Origin: Microbotryum violaceum
Taxonomy: Eukaryota
Direction: 5' to 3'
DNA: 64,000 bases
Assembly: GCA_001244265.2 (NCBI GenBank)
Contig: CDLV01000013.1
Coordinates: 620,001-684,000 of the forward strand
This document shows positions 12,746 through 25,340 of this stretch, piece after piece. Both the position numbers and the translations under genes were made by a program. The notes beneath the pieces were generated by a model. That model saw nothing but the letters and a program-made list of their open reading frames with translations, was not told where the DNA came from and did not search any database. Each line of letters starts with the position of its first letter. Positions within the stretch are counted from its first letter, which is position 1.

Positions 12746-15700
12746 ATGGTTAATTTTACCGTTGGTCAGTTCTCGCCTCTCTTCGTTGGGGCCCGCATCG
12801 CCCGGGGGTGGTGTTGGCTCGCGTGGTGGTGGGCTCCGCAACCGAGCTGCGGCCACCCCGCCGCCGAGGGCGTGGCGAACGCATCCCAAGCGAGCAATCG
12901 CGAACTGCGAATCTCCAATGATTAGAGAGCTGACTCGGCCTCATCTTTCTGACTGCAGACGAAATCCGTGGGCTCATGGACAAGCCCACAAAGTGAGTTC
13001 CCTGATTCTAGATCAGGGGTCTCGGGCGTTCGTGGGAGTGGCGCGTACATGCATCCAACCCGTGTGCGGTGGCAGGGCCCACATCAACGACGACGCCCTC
13101 GTGTCAGCCCGTCGCGCCAACCGGGCCTTCGCTGGCTCGCGCCTGACTCGGCCTGACTCGGCCGTGTGGCCTCGCGCGCGAGAGGGGTGTGGCAGTTGTG
13201 GTTATAGGTGTTGACGTGATCGAGTTGCTGATTATTCGTCCCTTTGGCTTTGCACGGGTGCGATGATTTTCTTGATCCTCACAGCATCCGTAACAGTGAG
13301 TAGTGGGCCGGTGACCTCCGGTCGTGTGCGGGGCCACAAGTGCTGACTTGATCTTCTCATCTTGCGTTTGCGTTGCTGTGCCCGCCTCGTAGTGTCCGTT
13401 ATCGCCCATGGTGAGTTTGATACGATTCTCATCTTTGACCGATGGCTCACTGGTTGCTCATGCCCGAGTTTCTTTCCTACGCCCTTCTCCAGTCGATCAC
13501 GGCAAGTCGACCCTTACCGACTCGCTGCTCGCCAAAGCCGGTATCATTGCCTCCGCCAAGGCCGGTGACCAGCGTGCGATGGACACCCGTCAGGACGAGC
13601 AGGACCGTGGTATCACCATCAAGTCGACCGCCATCACCATGTTCTTTGAGCTCCCCAAGGACGATGTGCCCGACATTAAGCAAAAGACCGATGGTGCGTC
13701 CGCATTCTCTTCGGTCCAGGAAGAGTTTCAGACGGTGTTTCACGGGGTGAACTAATGCTTCCCCTCGTCCCTCTTTAGGTGGAGAGTTCTTGATCAACTT
13801 GATCGACTCCCCCGGTCACGTTGATTTCTCCTCCGAAGTCACCGCCGCCCTCCGTGTCACCGATGGTGCCCTCGTCGTCGTTGACACCATCGATGGTGTA
13901 TGCGTCCAGACCGAGACCGTGCTCCGTCAAGCCCTCGGTGAGCGCATCAAGCCCGTTGTCGTTATCAACAAGGTCGACCGAGCCCTCCTCGAGTTGCAAA
14001 TCAACAAGGAGGACCTTTACCAGACCTTTGCCCGCACGATCGAGTCCGTCAACGTCATCATCTCGACCTACAACGACCCCGTCCTCGGTGACTGCCAGGT
14101 CTACCCCGAGGCCGGTACAGTCGCGTTCGGTTCCGGTCTCCACGGCTGGGCCTTCACGCTCCGTCAGTTCGCGACCCGCTACGCCAAGAAGTTCGGTGTC
14201 TCCAAAGACAAGCTCATGCCCAAGCTCTGGGGCGACAACTACTTCAACCCCAAGACGAAGAAGTGGTCGACCAAGGCCCAGGACGCCGATGGCAAGCCCC
14301 TCGAGCGTGGTTTCAACATGTTCGTCCTCGACCCCATCTTCAAGATCTTCGATGCCGTCATGAACTTCAAGAAGGACCAGATCCCTACCCTCCTCGAGAA
14401 GCTCGAGATTCCCCTAACCTCGGACGAGAAGGACCTCGAAGGCAAGGCCCTCCTCAAGGTCATCATGCGCAAGTTCTTGCCCGCCGGTGATTCGCTCTTG
14501 GAGATGATTGTCATCCACTTGCCCTCGCCCGTTACGGCCCAGCGCTACCGTGTCGAGACCCTCTACGAGGGTCCCATGGACGACGAGTGCGCTGTCGCTA
14601 TCCGTGACTGCGACAAGTCCGGTCCCCTCATGCTCTACGTCTCCAAGATGGTGCCCACCTCCGACAAGGGTCGTTTCTACGCCTTCGGCCGTGTCTTCGC
14701 CGGAGTGGCCAAGGCCGGCCCCAAGGTCCGCATTCAGGGCCCCAAATACGTGCCCGGCAAGAAGGACGATCTCTTCGTCAAGTCGATCCAGCGCACCGTC
14801 TTAATGATGGGACGCAGCGTCGACCCCCTCGAGGACTGCCCCGCCGGTAACATCGTTGGTCTCGTCGGTGTCGACCAGTTCTTGCTTAAGTCGGGAACGC
14901 TCACCACCTCCGAGACGGCGCACAACCTCAGGGTCATGAAGTTCTCTGTTTCGCCCGTCGTGCAAGTCGCCGTCGAGGTCAAGAACGCCAACGACTTGCC
15001 CAAGCTTGTCGAAGGTCTTAAGCGTCTGTCCAAGTCGGACCCGTGCGTCCAGACTTGGATCTCCGAGACCGGTGAACACATTGTCGCCGGTGCCGGTGAG
15101 TTGCATCTCGAAATCTGCTTGAAGGATCTTGTCGAGGACCACGCCGGTGTGCCCCTCAAGATCTCGGACCCCGTCGTCGGATACCGTGAAACTATCCAGG
15201 CCACGTCGTCGATGACGGCGCTGTCCAAGTCGCAGAACAAGCACAACCGTATCTGGATGACCGCGCAGCCCCTCGACGAGGAGGTCGCCAAGGCTGTCGA
15301 GGACGGCAAGATTGGCCCCCGCGACGATTTCAAGCTCCGCGCGCGTTGCCTCGCCGACGAATACGGATGGGACGTCACCGACGCTCGTAAGATTTGGTGC
15401 TTCGGTCCCGACGGACAAGGCCCCAACTTCCTTGTTGACACGACCAAGGCCGTTCAGTACCTCAGTGAAATCAAGGATTCGTGCGTGGCCGCGTTCCAGT
15501 GGGCGTCCAAGGAAGGACCCATGGCCGAGGAGATCATGCGTTCGACCCGATACAACATCATGGATGTCACGCTCCACACCGATGCCATTCACCGAGGTGG
15601 TGGACAGATCATCCCCACGTGCCGACGAGTCGTCTACGCCTCGGCCTTGCTCGCCGACCCCGGATTGCAGGAGCCCGTGTACATGATCGAGGTGCAGTGC

Positions 15701-16095
15701 CCCGAGACCGCCCTCGGTGGTATCTACTCGACCCTCAACAGGAAGCGTGGACACGTCTTCTCTGAGGAGCAGCGAGTCGGCACGCCCATGTACAACGTCA
15801 AGGCGTACCTGCCCGTCAACGAGTCGTTCGGTTTCACCGGCGAGTTGCGTCAGGCCACTGCCGGCCAGGCCTTCCCCCAGATGGTGTTCGATCACTGGCA
15901 AACCATGCCCGGCAAGTCGACAGAAAAGGGTGGCAAGGTTGAGAGCTTGGTTTTGGAGATCCGAAAGAGGAAGGGTCTTAAGTTGGAGATTCCTACGCTC
16001 GACCAATACTACGATGTGCGCTTGCATTCTCTAACCCTGCCTACCTGGCTTCCTGCTGATCATCTCCACCACTTTGCTTCTCACAGAAACTATAA
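12746..16095 (+). CDS. EFT2: Translation elongation factor 2 (eEF2), 7 exons
   Basis: Exons 12746-12764 (MVNFTV), 12959-12992, 13285-13295, 13393-13410, 13493-13693, 13779-16015 and 16087-16095 splice to [34 protein letters not shown]...RGITIKS...DSPGHVDF...NKVD. The diphthamide loop [17 protein letters not shown] is present. Confidence 0.98.
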
Positions 16096-16681
16096 GCGTT
16101 GTTTTGCAGCGTGTTGCGAATGGGACGATAGTAGCAGGTCATCTTCACTTTTACTCTTTTCGATTGGCAATGTCAAATCATGTTTCTTCAGGCCCTCAGT
16201 CTCGTCCCCACCAGATTGAGAGAGTCGATAGCAGGCTCGAGAGTCAGCTTGGACAGCGTGTCTTTCGTGTACGTGACAGCGACAAGCAACTGCTTCAGAT
16301 ACTTTCAGGCTAGTGCTACACCAGTGCATGAATACAGCTCCTCTTGATAATCCCAGTGACCTGGCCGTCCAATAAGACAAACCGTTAGGCCGCGCAGCAA
16401 GCCTCCTGACCGTCGGCTAACCCTTCAAAACCTGCCTCCTGTTTCACCGTTTGCGGCGGGTGCGGAACGTAGACGGGGGTCCGTGTCCGATAATCATCTC
16501 CTTCTTTTTACTCTCGCCTCTGTCCATCTTCCCATCCTTTACACCTCTTGCATCTCATCTGTTTGACATCTCGAAGAGAGCGACCCACGCAGGAAGACTT
16601 TGGATCATATTCCCCGGATTGGGGCGCGTTCGCTCGATTAGGCGCGACTTGCAGGTCTAAGGGAACACGTATCGACCCCAA

Positions 16682-19600
16682 ATGGACCGCTCGGGCGCTC
16701 CCTCTCGCTTGCCTTTGGCTCCACTTATCATACCTGCTGGCGAGGCCGAGCAAGGCCGAGCAGCAAGTGAAGGAGTCACTGCACAACCACCAATAACTGC
16801 TACACCTACGGCCCAAGACCCCGTAGCACAGGCCCAAGGCTCCGACCTCGAGCAACTCGCCGCCGCCCGACCGCCCTTAGCAGCCGAGGTCCGAGCCCAT
16901 CGGCGCCTGCGATCGCGACGGCAAGAATCGCTGCAGTTCGCCGGACGAACGAGTGCGATCGACTGGTCCAAAATCATCATGGCCAGTAATGGAGTTGAGG
17001 ATGGTGGTGTTGGTGGAGGGAACCTGACCGATGAGAATGACTTTGATCAACTGTCGAGGTACGTCCGGTCGTTTCGAGGTCAGGGTCCTCCGAAATGAAG
17101 ACAAGCCGACGGGGGCCCGGGGCCCCGGCGACTTGGGAGGTTCGCAATCCCGAAGCTCAGCTTCCGCAATCTCAAGATGGGCTGACACTCCCCTCCGTGG
17201 GAGGCGCATCGTTATTCAGGGATGAGATCTTGCAAGTCTTTCAAAGACAGTACTTGGAGATGGAGGACCTGCGCTCGCGCGTCAACAGCTTGGAGGACGA
17301 TCAGGCCACACTCGTGAATGAGAACGGCGACGTCTTGAAGCAACTCGACAATGCCCGGGCGACCAATTCAGACTTGTTGGCCGAGCAGGCGAGGATGTGA
17401 GTATTGAAGATTTTCTCTCGTGAGTCGTGGTGTTCACGGGCTGGTGTGCTGACTCGGGGTGATGTGTAATTTCGATACGACAGGGAGGAAGAGCTGGCGG
17501 GTAGGATTGAGGTATTGGACAAGCTACGGGCCTCTGTCAGAGAATTGGAACGAGAAAAGAGGGATGCTTCAAAACGGTATCGAGAGCAGGTACGTGCGAA
17601 CGGAAAATTGCTCTGCAACCCGGCGAATTCTCGAGCTTCGGCGATCTAACACTTCCGCTCCCGTCCTCCGTGCACAGGCCGACTCGTTCGATTCTGAGCG
17701 CCAGGCTTGGTACGACCAGGAAGCGCACTACAAGGGACGGATCGCCAACCTCGCCAATGTCGGTTCTCGTCGTACACCCCGTTCCTCGCTTGGATTTGAA
17801 GCATCTTTGGCTCCCTCGCCGAAGAAGTCTGACGAAGACGAGCAATCGACCCTTTCCCCCGAAGACGACCTCCCGGCGTCCAAGGAAGGCAAGACGTCCG
17901 ATGGCGAGTCGTCGAATTCGTCCGTCCCGAGTAGGAAGAAAGTCTCTGCACCTTCTACTGGACCGACGGCGAACGAATTGGCGCTGCAAGAGCAATTGAC
18001 AACTCTGTCGACCGCACACGAATCCCTCACGGTCACGCTGCGCACCGTTCAACACGAATTGATCGATCTGAAACGTGTTTACCAGGATTTGCAAGAGGAG
18101 AACGAGTCGTACGAGATTCTCTTGGGAGAAAAGACGTTGAATGGCGAGGTGCGAGATACGGACCTGTTCAAGCGCAGCTTCCAATGGGAAGAGACGGAAG
18201 GGTCGACACCCCTCAGCGAAGGACTTGGATTCATGGGCGGCTTGGAAAGCGTGGGAGAGGAAGAAGACTTTTCGGATGACGATGAAGAGGATAGTGAAGA
18301 GCGCGAACTCGATGATGACGAGGTCGAACTCGCATTACTCGAGGCGCATGGCACCGGCTCACCGAATTCGGGCGCCGTGCAGACCAAAGGAGGTTCTCGC
18401 AGACGGGCCAAGAAGCGGCCTAGCGTTGAGAGCGGCGCGGGTGGTGGATTGGACCTGGCTGCCGAGTTGGAGATGGCGCAGGCGGTGAATCACGAAGAGG
18501 AGGAACGAAAAGCGGCCAAGTTGGAGAGACGACGAGCTTCCGAGGCCAGAAAGGCGACTGCAGGGGCGCAAAAACGCAAGGACTCGATGCCGTCGATGCC
18601 CCAATCAGTTGAAGGTGGGTTTGATCTCTTTCAATGTGCTCGCTTGACGATCCCTAGCTGACCGCTTCTTTCTCGCTGCGTCTCCGTTCGCAGAACTGCA
18701 GAAGGAGCTCAAGGCGCTACACGAGGCCAACAGGGCACTGACTCTATACGTCACCAAGATCGTGGAGCGAGTATGCAGTCAAGAAGGATTCGAAAAGGTG
18801 CTGGCCGTCGACTACCGGAACGCTACGCCGAAGGCCGCTACTCCGGCTTTCGTCGCTGCCGAGGAAGCGCCCGCATCGAAGAGCCAGCAGCCAACCGACG
18901 ACCAAGAAGTGATCAAGTTCAGGCCGTCTGCGGTCTCGAGGACTTCAGCGTCACTACGAAGCCCGGCCGCATCTAGTACTCTTTCGCCTACGTCCGCGCA
19001 GAAGAAAGGTTGGGGTGATACCTTGTCAGCCGTCCTACCGTTCACCCTCACGCGCACCCCTCAAGTCGTTTCTGCCGTGCCGACAGGTATGAAGCCATTG
19101 CGACTGACGTCGGACGCGTCCGCCAGAAAGGTCGCAATCTCGGATGAGATCGAAGACGAAGACGATATCCGTGAACGAGAACTGCTACGACAAGAAATGG
19201 CCCGCATTGGCATTTCCCCAACTGCGGCGAGTGATCCGACCTCAGCCCTGCCCACGGCCTCGACGGGAGGCAACAACTGGATTGGTAAAAAGTCGAGTAG
19301 CAGCGACCGCAGCAGCTCGACTAGGCACAGTGTCGGGTCAGCCAGTTCCTCAAATCCGTGCGACAGCTCTTTGAGCGGCTCGACGCGAACGACCCAGACG
19401 TCACCACCGACTCCCCAGGAGATTGATGCCGAGGTACAGGAGGTCCTTCAGCTTCGCGTGGTCAAGGAGAAACAGGCCAAGGAAGCGCTCGAGCAGGGCA
19501 AGGCCTCTGGGTTCACGGAGCCACGTCGCTTATCACGACCATCCTCCTTGATGCGTCATCCCAGTCGGTCGAGTGTTTCTTACATCACGGGCTCGGCGAC

Positions 19601-19811
19601 TCCCATCGGCGTCGGACTTGGCATCGATGCAGGGCTAGCCGCACCGAACAAGAGTCCGGGCCTCGCTGGCGCCACAAGTCCGAAGCCGGGCGATACATCG
19701 GCGGTCAACTCACCTGTCACTGCGGCCGAAGTAGACTCGGCAGCTCCTTGGGGTAGCAAGGCACTTCGACGGCTGTCCATGGGATGGACCGCACCGGCTC
19801 CGACCTCTTGA
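16682..19811 (+). CDS. Uncharacterised coiled-coil protein with a FIP/Rab11-binding-domain-like helix; start codon uncertain (16682 or 16979)
   Basis: Spliced ORFs with heptad-rich segments (EDLRSRVNSLEDDQATL, LQEENESYEILLGEKTLNG) and ELKALHEANRALTLYVTKIVERV, followed by an S/P-rich tail. Stop at 19811. Confidence 0.6.
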
Positions 19812-22269
19812 GGGTCAGACTCTGCAGCCTGCGCATGCTCCCTGGCAAGATTGCTAACCGTCCGGCCCTGCAGAGCACTCGCAGCACCGACTACCTGGCC
19901 TATTCCAATCTTAACATCTAGGTTCCCTACGTTTCGCCCCTTGTCGTTTGGATCGTACTATTTTGCATATCATTCCCTCGCATTAAGTTCAGTTGCAACA
20001 TGCATTGGTCTCCCAAGCGCAGCTCGCGAGTGACCGCTGGACCTGGTCGAGAGCTTCTCGGATCAGATCTCGGCACTGGCCTCGGCAGCCTTGTCGAGCT
20101 CCCAGTTCCAACTAGGTTGTCTCCGGACCTTCACTTAGTTCTTTCTGGACCAGGGCATTCATTGACGTGATTCACACCTTAAAGGGGTAATAATTGCTGG
20201 TGTTTCACACTTAAGATTGCAATTTTGACGAGAAGGAGTTCGGGACCGCTGCCAGCACCGCCCTCCGGTCCCTGCCAATCTGCCAAACGCCAAGCGCCCG
20301 CGAGCCGTCTCATCTTGGAAGAGGTAGAGATATCCCGACCCGATTTCCTTGGTCGCGAACAAGGTACCTAGGTGACACCTACGGTACATACCGTCCCTTC
20401 CTACTACCCATACCATTGACAAGCTGGCGCACTGGGTGCATAGTCTGCTTCCGTCGTCTGCTTCCGTGAATCCGTAACCATTATTAGGAAAACCCCGTTT
20501 AAGAAAAGTGCGCGCACACTCGGCGGGCCTCCGAGCTCGGCTGTGGGGCGTAGCGAATGGTCGCCCGCATCCCGGAGGCTATCTCGACGATCCTCCTTTT
20601 CTGCTGCGATAGAAACATGCTACTTTGCATTCCAAGACTTGGCGAGAGAACGAGAAGATGTCCATCTAAAAAAATTGGGAGGCCATCTTTAGTGGAGAAA
20701 ATAGTCCTGACGACACTGAGGATCCTCGTCGGAAAGAATCATAAGACAGGAGGTAGGATGAGATGAGATGACGGTAAAAGCCTAACTTACGAAGCTTACG
20801 CGGCGCACGGCGGAGGCGCTCTATTCTTCCTGAACTGAATGTCACTCGGGATACTGGTTGCGGTGCTCTCGATCAGTGATTCCGGTCCGGAGGCGGAGAT
20901 GCGCAGCTCAGACATAGGAGCCCGCGGAATACTCCACGGGCGCGCATGCGCACAGAGAGTGTAAGCGCAAAACACAGAGCAAGCGTGGAGGAACTGTTAG
21001 TGAAGGACTCCCTTTCTGACCGGAGTTTCCGGAAGGGTCACTTTTCACCCCGAGCAGCCCCCCTCTGCTCTCGGACTTACGTATCACCGGGAGCGGCGGA
21101 AGGACAAAGCGCTTGTTTTTTCTGGTGCCGGGCGCGTGGGCAACAAGCGTCATCGCGTCATCATCGCCGCGGGTAAGGCCCTTTGTAGGGCGGGCTTACC
21201 GAGGGAGAGGGTATCGGTGCGTGGACCACTGGGCAACTAATAGAAACGCACCATGATTCATGATTGTGGGTTGTGCTGCGTCGGAGAACGGATCCCGAGA
21301 AGGTCGCGCAGAACTGCTAGATTCAGTGCGAATTCAGGGCTAGCACGGTTTAGGAAAGAAGGCAATTCTATAATCGCCAGCTTGCGCGCACGCCTGTGGC
21401 GCGACGGACTAGGGCCACTAGGGCGAGGCAAACGGCGGTGGCCCAGGTTCAATTACTGACTCTAATTTTTTGGAACACAAAAAGGAAGGCCTTTTCATTG
21501 TTTCAAAAGCCCATTTTTGGTATTGAGACACGGTACATATTATTACAGTGCCTGGCGTAGCACCCAAGCTCTGGAACAGGCAGTTATCGACGGTAGCAGT
21601 GATCAGCATAACAGCAGGCCCAAGGTGAGCCAACCCTGCCTGCGGCGCTCGCGCGCTGGGCCGCCGGCGCAGCGCAGCCTGGCGCACTCCAGAAGGCTGG
21701 TGGCCCTGACTGATCGATCGCGTTGGAATCTCATGGCTTCGACCGCTTTTGGCCGCTCTCGGCGAAACTCGACGACAAGCTGATGACTGCAGGTGAAGCC
21801 AACCTGAGACCGCGCAAGTGCTATTGCGGTGCCAACGTGTGTAGAAACCTCTTAAAGTGGCGCCCGAGCTGACCTCGAAGGTACCGACTCCGGTGGCCCT
21901 ACATTGCTTCTAGGTCCCGAGTGGCAATCGAAACCGACGGGGCGGACGATCTTCGGCCTGCGAGTCGTCGGGAGTTTCCTCTTCACCAATCGCCCACCCG
22001 TTTGTCCTTTCGCTCTCCTCCCCATCACTTGATCAGCTCCTTTTCATACTTTTTCCTCCGTCCCCTCCCAACCGCGAGCGAACAACCTCGAACCGAGCTG
22101 CTGGCCATCTCTAGTTCAAGTCCGACAGATTCCTGCGAGATCTGACCCCTCCCCGAGATTCCTTGGTGCCGTCTCGAAAAGTACACACCGCGGCTGGCCC
22201 ATACACACCGCATCGCATACCTCGACTCTTGATCTCGCACAAGCATATCCATTACTCAGCACTACCAAA

Positions 22270-25066
22270 ATGTCTAGCTCACACCTTGTCGCTGTTAGCC
22301 TTTTGGCGATGGCTTCCTCGACCGTCGCTCACATGAGCATCTGGACGACTTCCATGTCAGTCCGCCGCGCCCGCCAGCTTGAGCCAACGGAGTTCATTTT
22401 CGGACTTGCGCTGCAAAGCTGACACTCTCCCATCTATTTGCTCAATCCCCAGGTACGGTGTCGGATGGCACGGAACTGGTACCCCGTTTAACACGCAAGA
22501 AGGAGGTTACTGTGAGTCTACTGCTGTTGCGGTTGATTTTTCATCCGGATACACGGCGCAGGCTAATTTTTGTCCCCGAATTGGATACTCTTTCGCAGTC
22601 TCTTACGACAGTCAGTCCCAGAAGCATCATATATAGAGGCGAAAAATAAGTGCACCATGGCATTGTGCTGATAACCTCTACTCCTACCTTTCCTATCGCT
22701 TCTATAGCCGTAGACCCCGTCGCTCCTCTCGGCCCGGACTGGAGCAACCAAGACGACTGGTGGTTCCGGTGAGCCCCTTCGCCGCGGCGGCGAATGAAGG
22801 CTAGCAAATTAGCTGAACATTGGCTTTCCTGTTGCAGTGGACCTGCTGCTCGTGCTCTGAAACCCTCCCCCGGCTCTGTCGAGAAGTTGCCTGCCGGCGG
22901 GCAATGGACTGTTCAGGTGTGTAACCTTTCCTTTTCGTCCCTGTCGCCATACCGCGGCCGCTGACTTCTGCGTGTGCTGCAACACAGATTGCTTGCCATG
23001 TCGCATGGACATCTTACGGTGTTTCCACTACCACTCCTGGCTCTCTTCTCGATGCCTGTCCCGGGAACCCCGGTGCCTACCACTCTGGTGACCCCGCCGC
23101 CACCGACATCGACCGCAACCTCCTGAGTGGGTGCGCTCTCGGTATCGCCGACGTCGACGACATCTCCAAGGTTACCATCGACAACCTGGCCATCTTTTCC
23201 GTCAAGCACTCTTGCGTCGCCAAGAAGTTCAACACCTTTGACATCCCCGCGGCCATGCCGGCTTGCACGGGCAAGAAGTGCATCTGCGGTTGGTTCTGGC
23301 TCGCTAACAATGGTACCGGTAACTTCTACATGACCGCTTTTGACTGCGCCATCACTGGTGCCAAGGCGGACGCTTTGCCCATCGCTGCGCCCAAGGATCC
23401 GGTATGGTGCGCCAAGAAGGACACGGCTTGCATGGCTGCTCGTCCAGGTGGAGCCAAGCGCCCCCTCTACGTTTACAACTCGCCCTCCAACATTGTCTGG
23501 AAAGGCAATGACGACCGACCGGGCTACCACGCCAACTGGGGCTTCCCCAACGATGGCGCGCAGAACGATATTTTTGTCAACGCGTCATCGGTCAAGTCGA
23601 GCTCTGCTGGTGCCTCCCTACCCACTGCTTCTCAAGCATCCCCGACGACCGCCGGGGCGACTCCGACTTCTCCCGCTGCTTCCACGCCTGCGTCTCCCGC
23701 TCCTACGAACTGCGCACCGTCTGGCTGGTCTAGTAAGGGCTTGGGCGAGGATGGATACGACTGCGACTCGACCGGTGCCACGCTCCCCTACGTCGCTGAG
23801 AACTTGATGGACTCGAACGGAAAGTGGCAATACTATGGTGTCAAGTACGGATGGCAGCCTGTGAGTGGTGAAATCTGCTTTGGCGCTGTGACTCGCACTC
23901 TGCGGTTTGTTCTGACGCTGCGTCCCAATGTTACTCATTTGCAGTCCGAGGCGTGGAACATCCCGAGCGCGAACTGGGTCCCTCCCACGCAGTGGACTGT
24001 CACTGAAGCTCTCAAGGCGAAGTGGTGGTCTCCCGCGTCGTCTTGGCTGTACCCTTCGAACTGGGACACGAGAAAGCTGCTCCCCATGTGGGAAAATCTC
24101 GACTCGAACTACATCGGCCCTTACGAAGCGGGCTCCACATCTTCCCCTACCGCTTCACCTACGACCAAGTCCAAGACGACGACCACGTCCAAGACCACTA
24201 AGACGCCAACGACTACTTCCACCACCACCACTGCCAAGGCCTACCAGAGTTCTTCAACGGGTGCTGTGGCCGTCGGTGCTACGACGGCTACGACGACAAC
24301 GACAACAACAACGTCAACGACAACAACAACGTCAACGACAACAACAACGTCAACGACGACGTCCTCTGCAGCTCCTGTCCAGACCACCGCCGCCGCCGCC
24401 GCCGTCAACCTCGCGCTGCAAGCAACGGCTACCGGTTCGTCGTACCGCTCCGGATCCGAATACAGCAAGCTTATCGACGGCAACACCCAAGGTTTGAACG
24501 ACAAGGGTGCGGGCAGCGCTCGAGTCGAATGGATCTCGCGCAGCCAAACCGTTGGGGCATGGGTTCGTCTTACCTGGAAATCGACGCAAACCTTCAACCA
24601 GGTTGTGCTCTACGATCGACCGCTCTCGTCCGAGCAGATCACCGCCGGTGTCCTCATCGTCGATGGCAATCTCCAAGTCCCCGTTGGGTCGCTGAATAAC
24701 GATGGTACTGCGACGACGATCAACTTCACCCCCATCCAGTCCAAGACGGTCACCTTTTTCGTCATCGGCACCAACACCGCCGCTTCGGCCGTCGGTCTTT
24801 CGGAGCTGCAAGTCTTCAACCAAGCCAGCACCGCCAGTCTGACTCGCGTCATGACCCCTCAGAAGCGTGACGTCGTCAACGACTTCATGGACGCGTTCAA
24901 CGAGCCTGCTCAACCGGCGGGCACCCGTCACCCTCGTGACTTCAAGTCGGCCTCGATCGCGCAGCGAAGCCCCTCTCCCCTCGTCGCCGAGGAGGACTCT
25001 TTGGCGAAGCGATGCGGAGGTATGGACCACTCGTGCGAGTTGACGGCCGAGAAATTGTTTGCTTGA
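22270..25066 (+). CDS. Secreted AA14-family-like lytic polysaccharide monooxygenase with a Trp-rich module and a C-terminal discoidin/F5-8-type-C (CBM32-like) domain
   Basis: A 20-aa signal peptide ends exactly before His (CAC 22330-32; mature N-terminus HMSIWTTSMYG, cf. AA14 HIAFWHxSMYG). Also WWF, LPAG, ACH, AYH (second His), GCALGIA, MPAC...CICGWFW, NFYMTAFDC (axial Tyr), GAKRPLY and DGAQNDIF. C-terminal NLALQATATGSS...KLIDG...EW...W...YDRP...GLSELQVF. Confidence 0.85.
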
Positions 25067-25340
25067 GCTGTATCCTTATGATCTGTTTCGTTGCCCACAC
25101 AACCAAACCTTGTATCATAGCTTCTCCTGGTCTTGTTCTTGCGGCTTTTTGACGACAACGACGCGGGGCCATTTGTTCCTCGCCCGTCAATAGCATGTAT
25201 CTTCTTTTCAAAGATGTCGGTGTCAAGCGCCTTCGTTATATGTTTTGTGCATAATGTAGTGTTGCAAAGCTCTTCCTTGCCCCTTTAATCAGAGTGCCTC
25301 GCCAAAAGTCAAGTGAGACCAAAGAACTGGTATTCCAATG

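Noticed and set aside
14801-16027. 408-aa ORF antisense to eEF2
   Set aside because: A typical shadow ORF of a strongly codon-biased, highly expressed gene.
20030-22260. 2.2-kb intergenic region with small hairpins (e.g. ~21170-21200) considered as SRP, RNase P/MRP or telomerase RNA
   Set aside because: No complete conserved motif set or telomere template found by eye; an Infernal/Rfam scan is needed to exclude it fully.
24280-24362. ACA/ACG-rich tandem repeats, and GS-coding repeats at ~47033-47140
   Set aside because: Ordinary low-complexity poly-Thr and Gly-Ser linkers within secreted or surface proteins.
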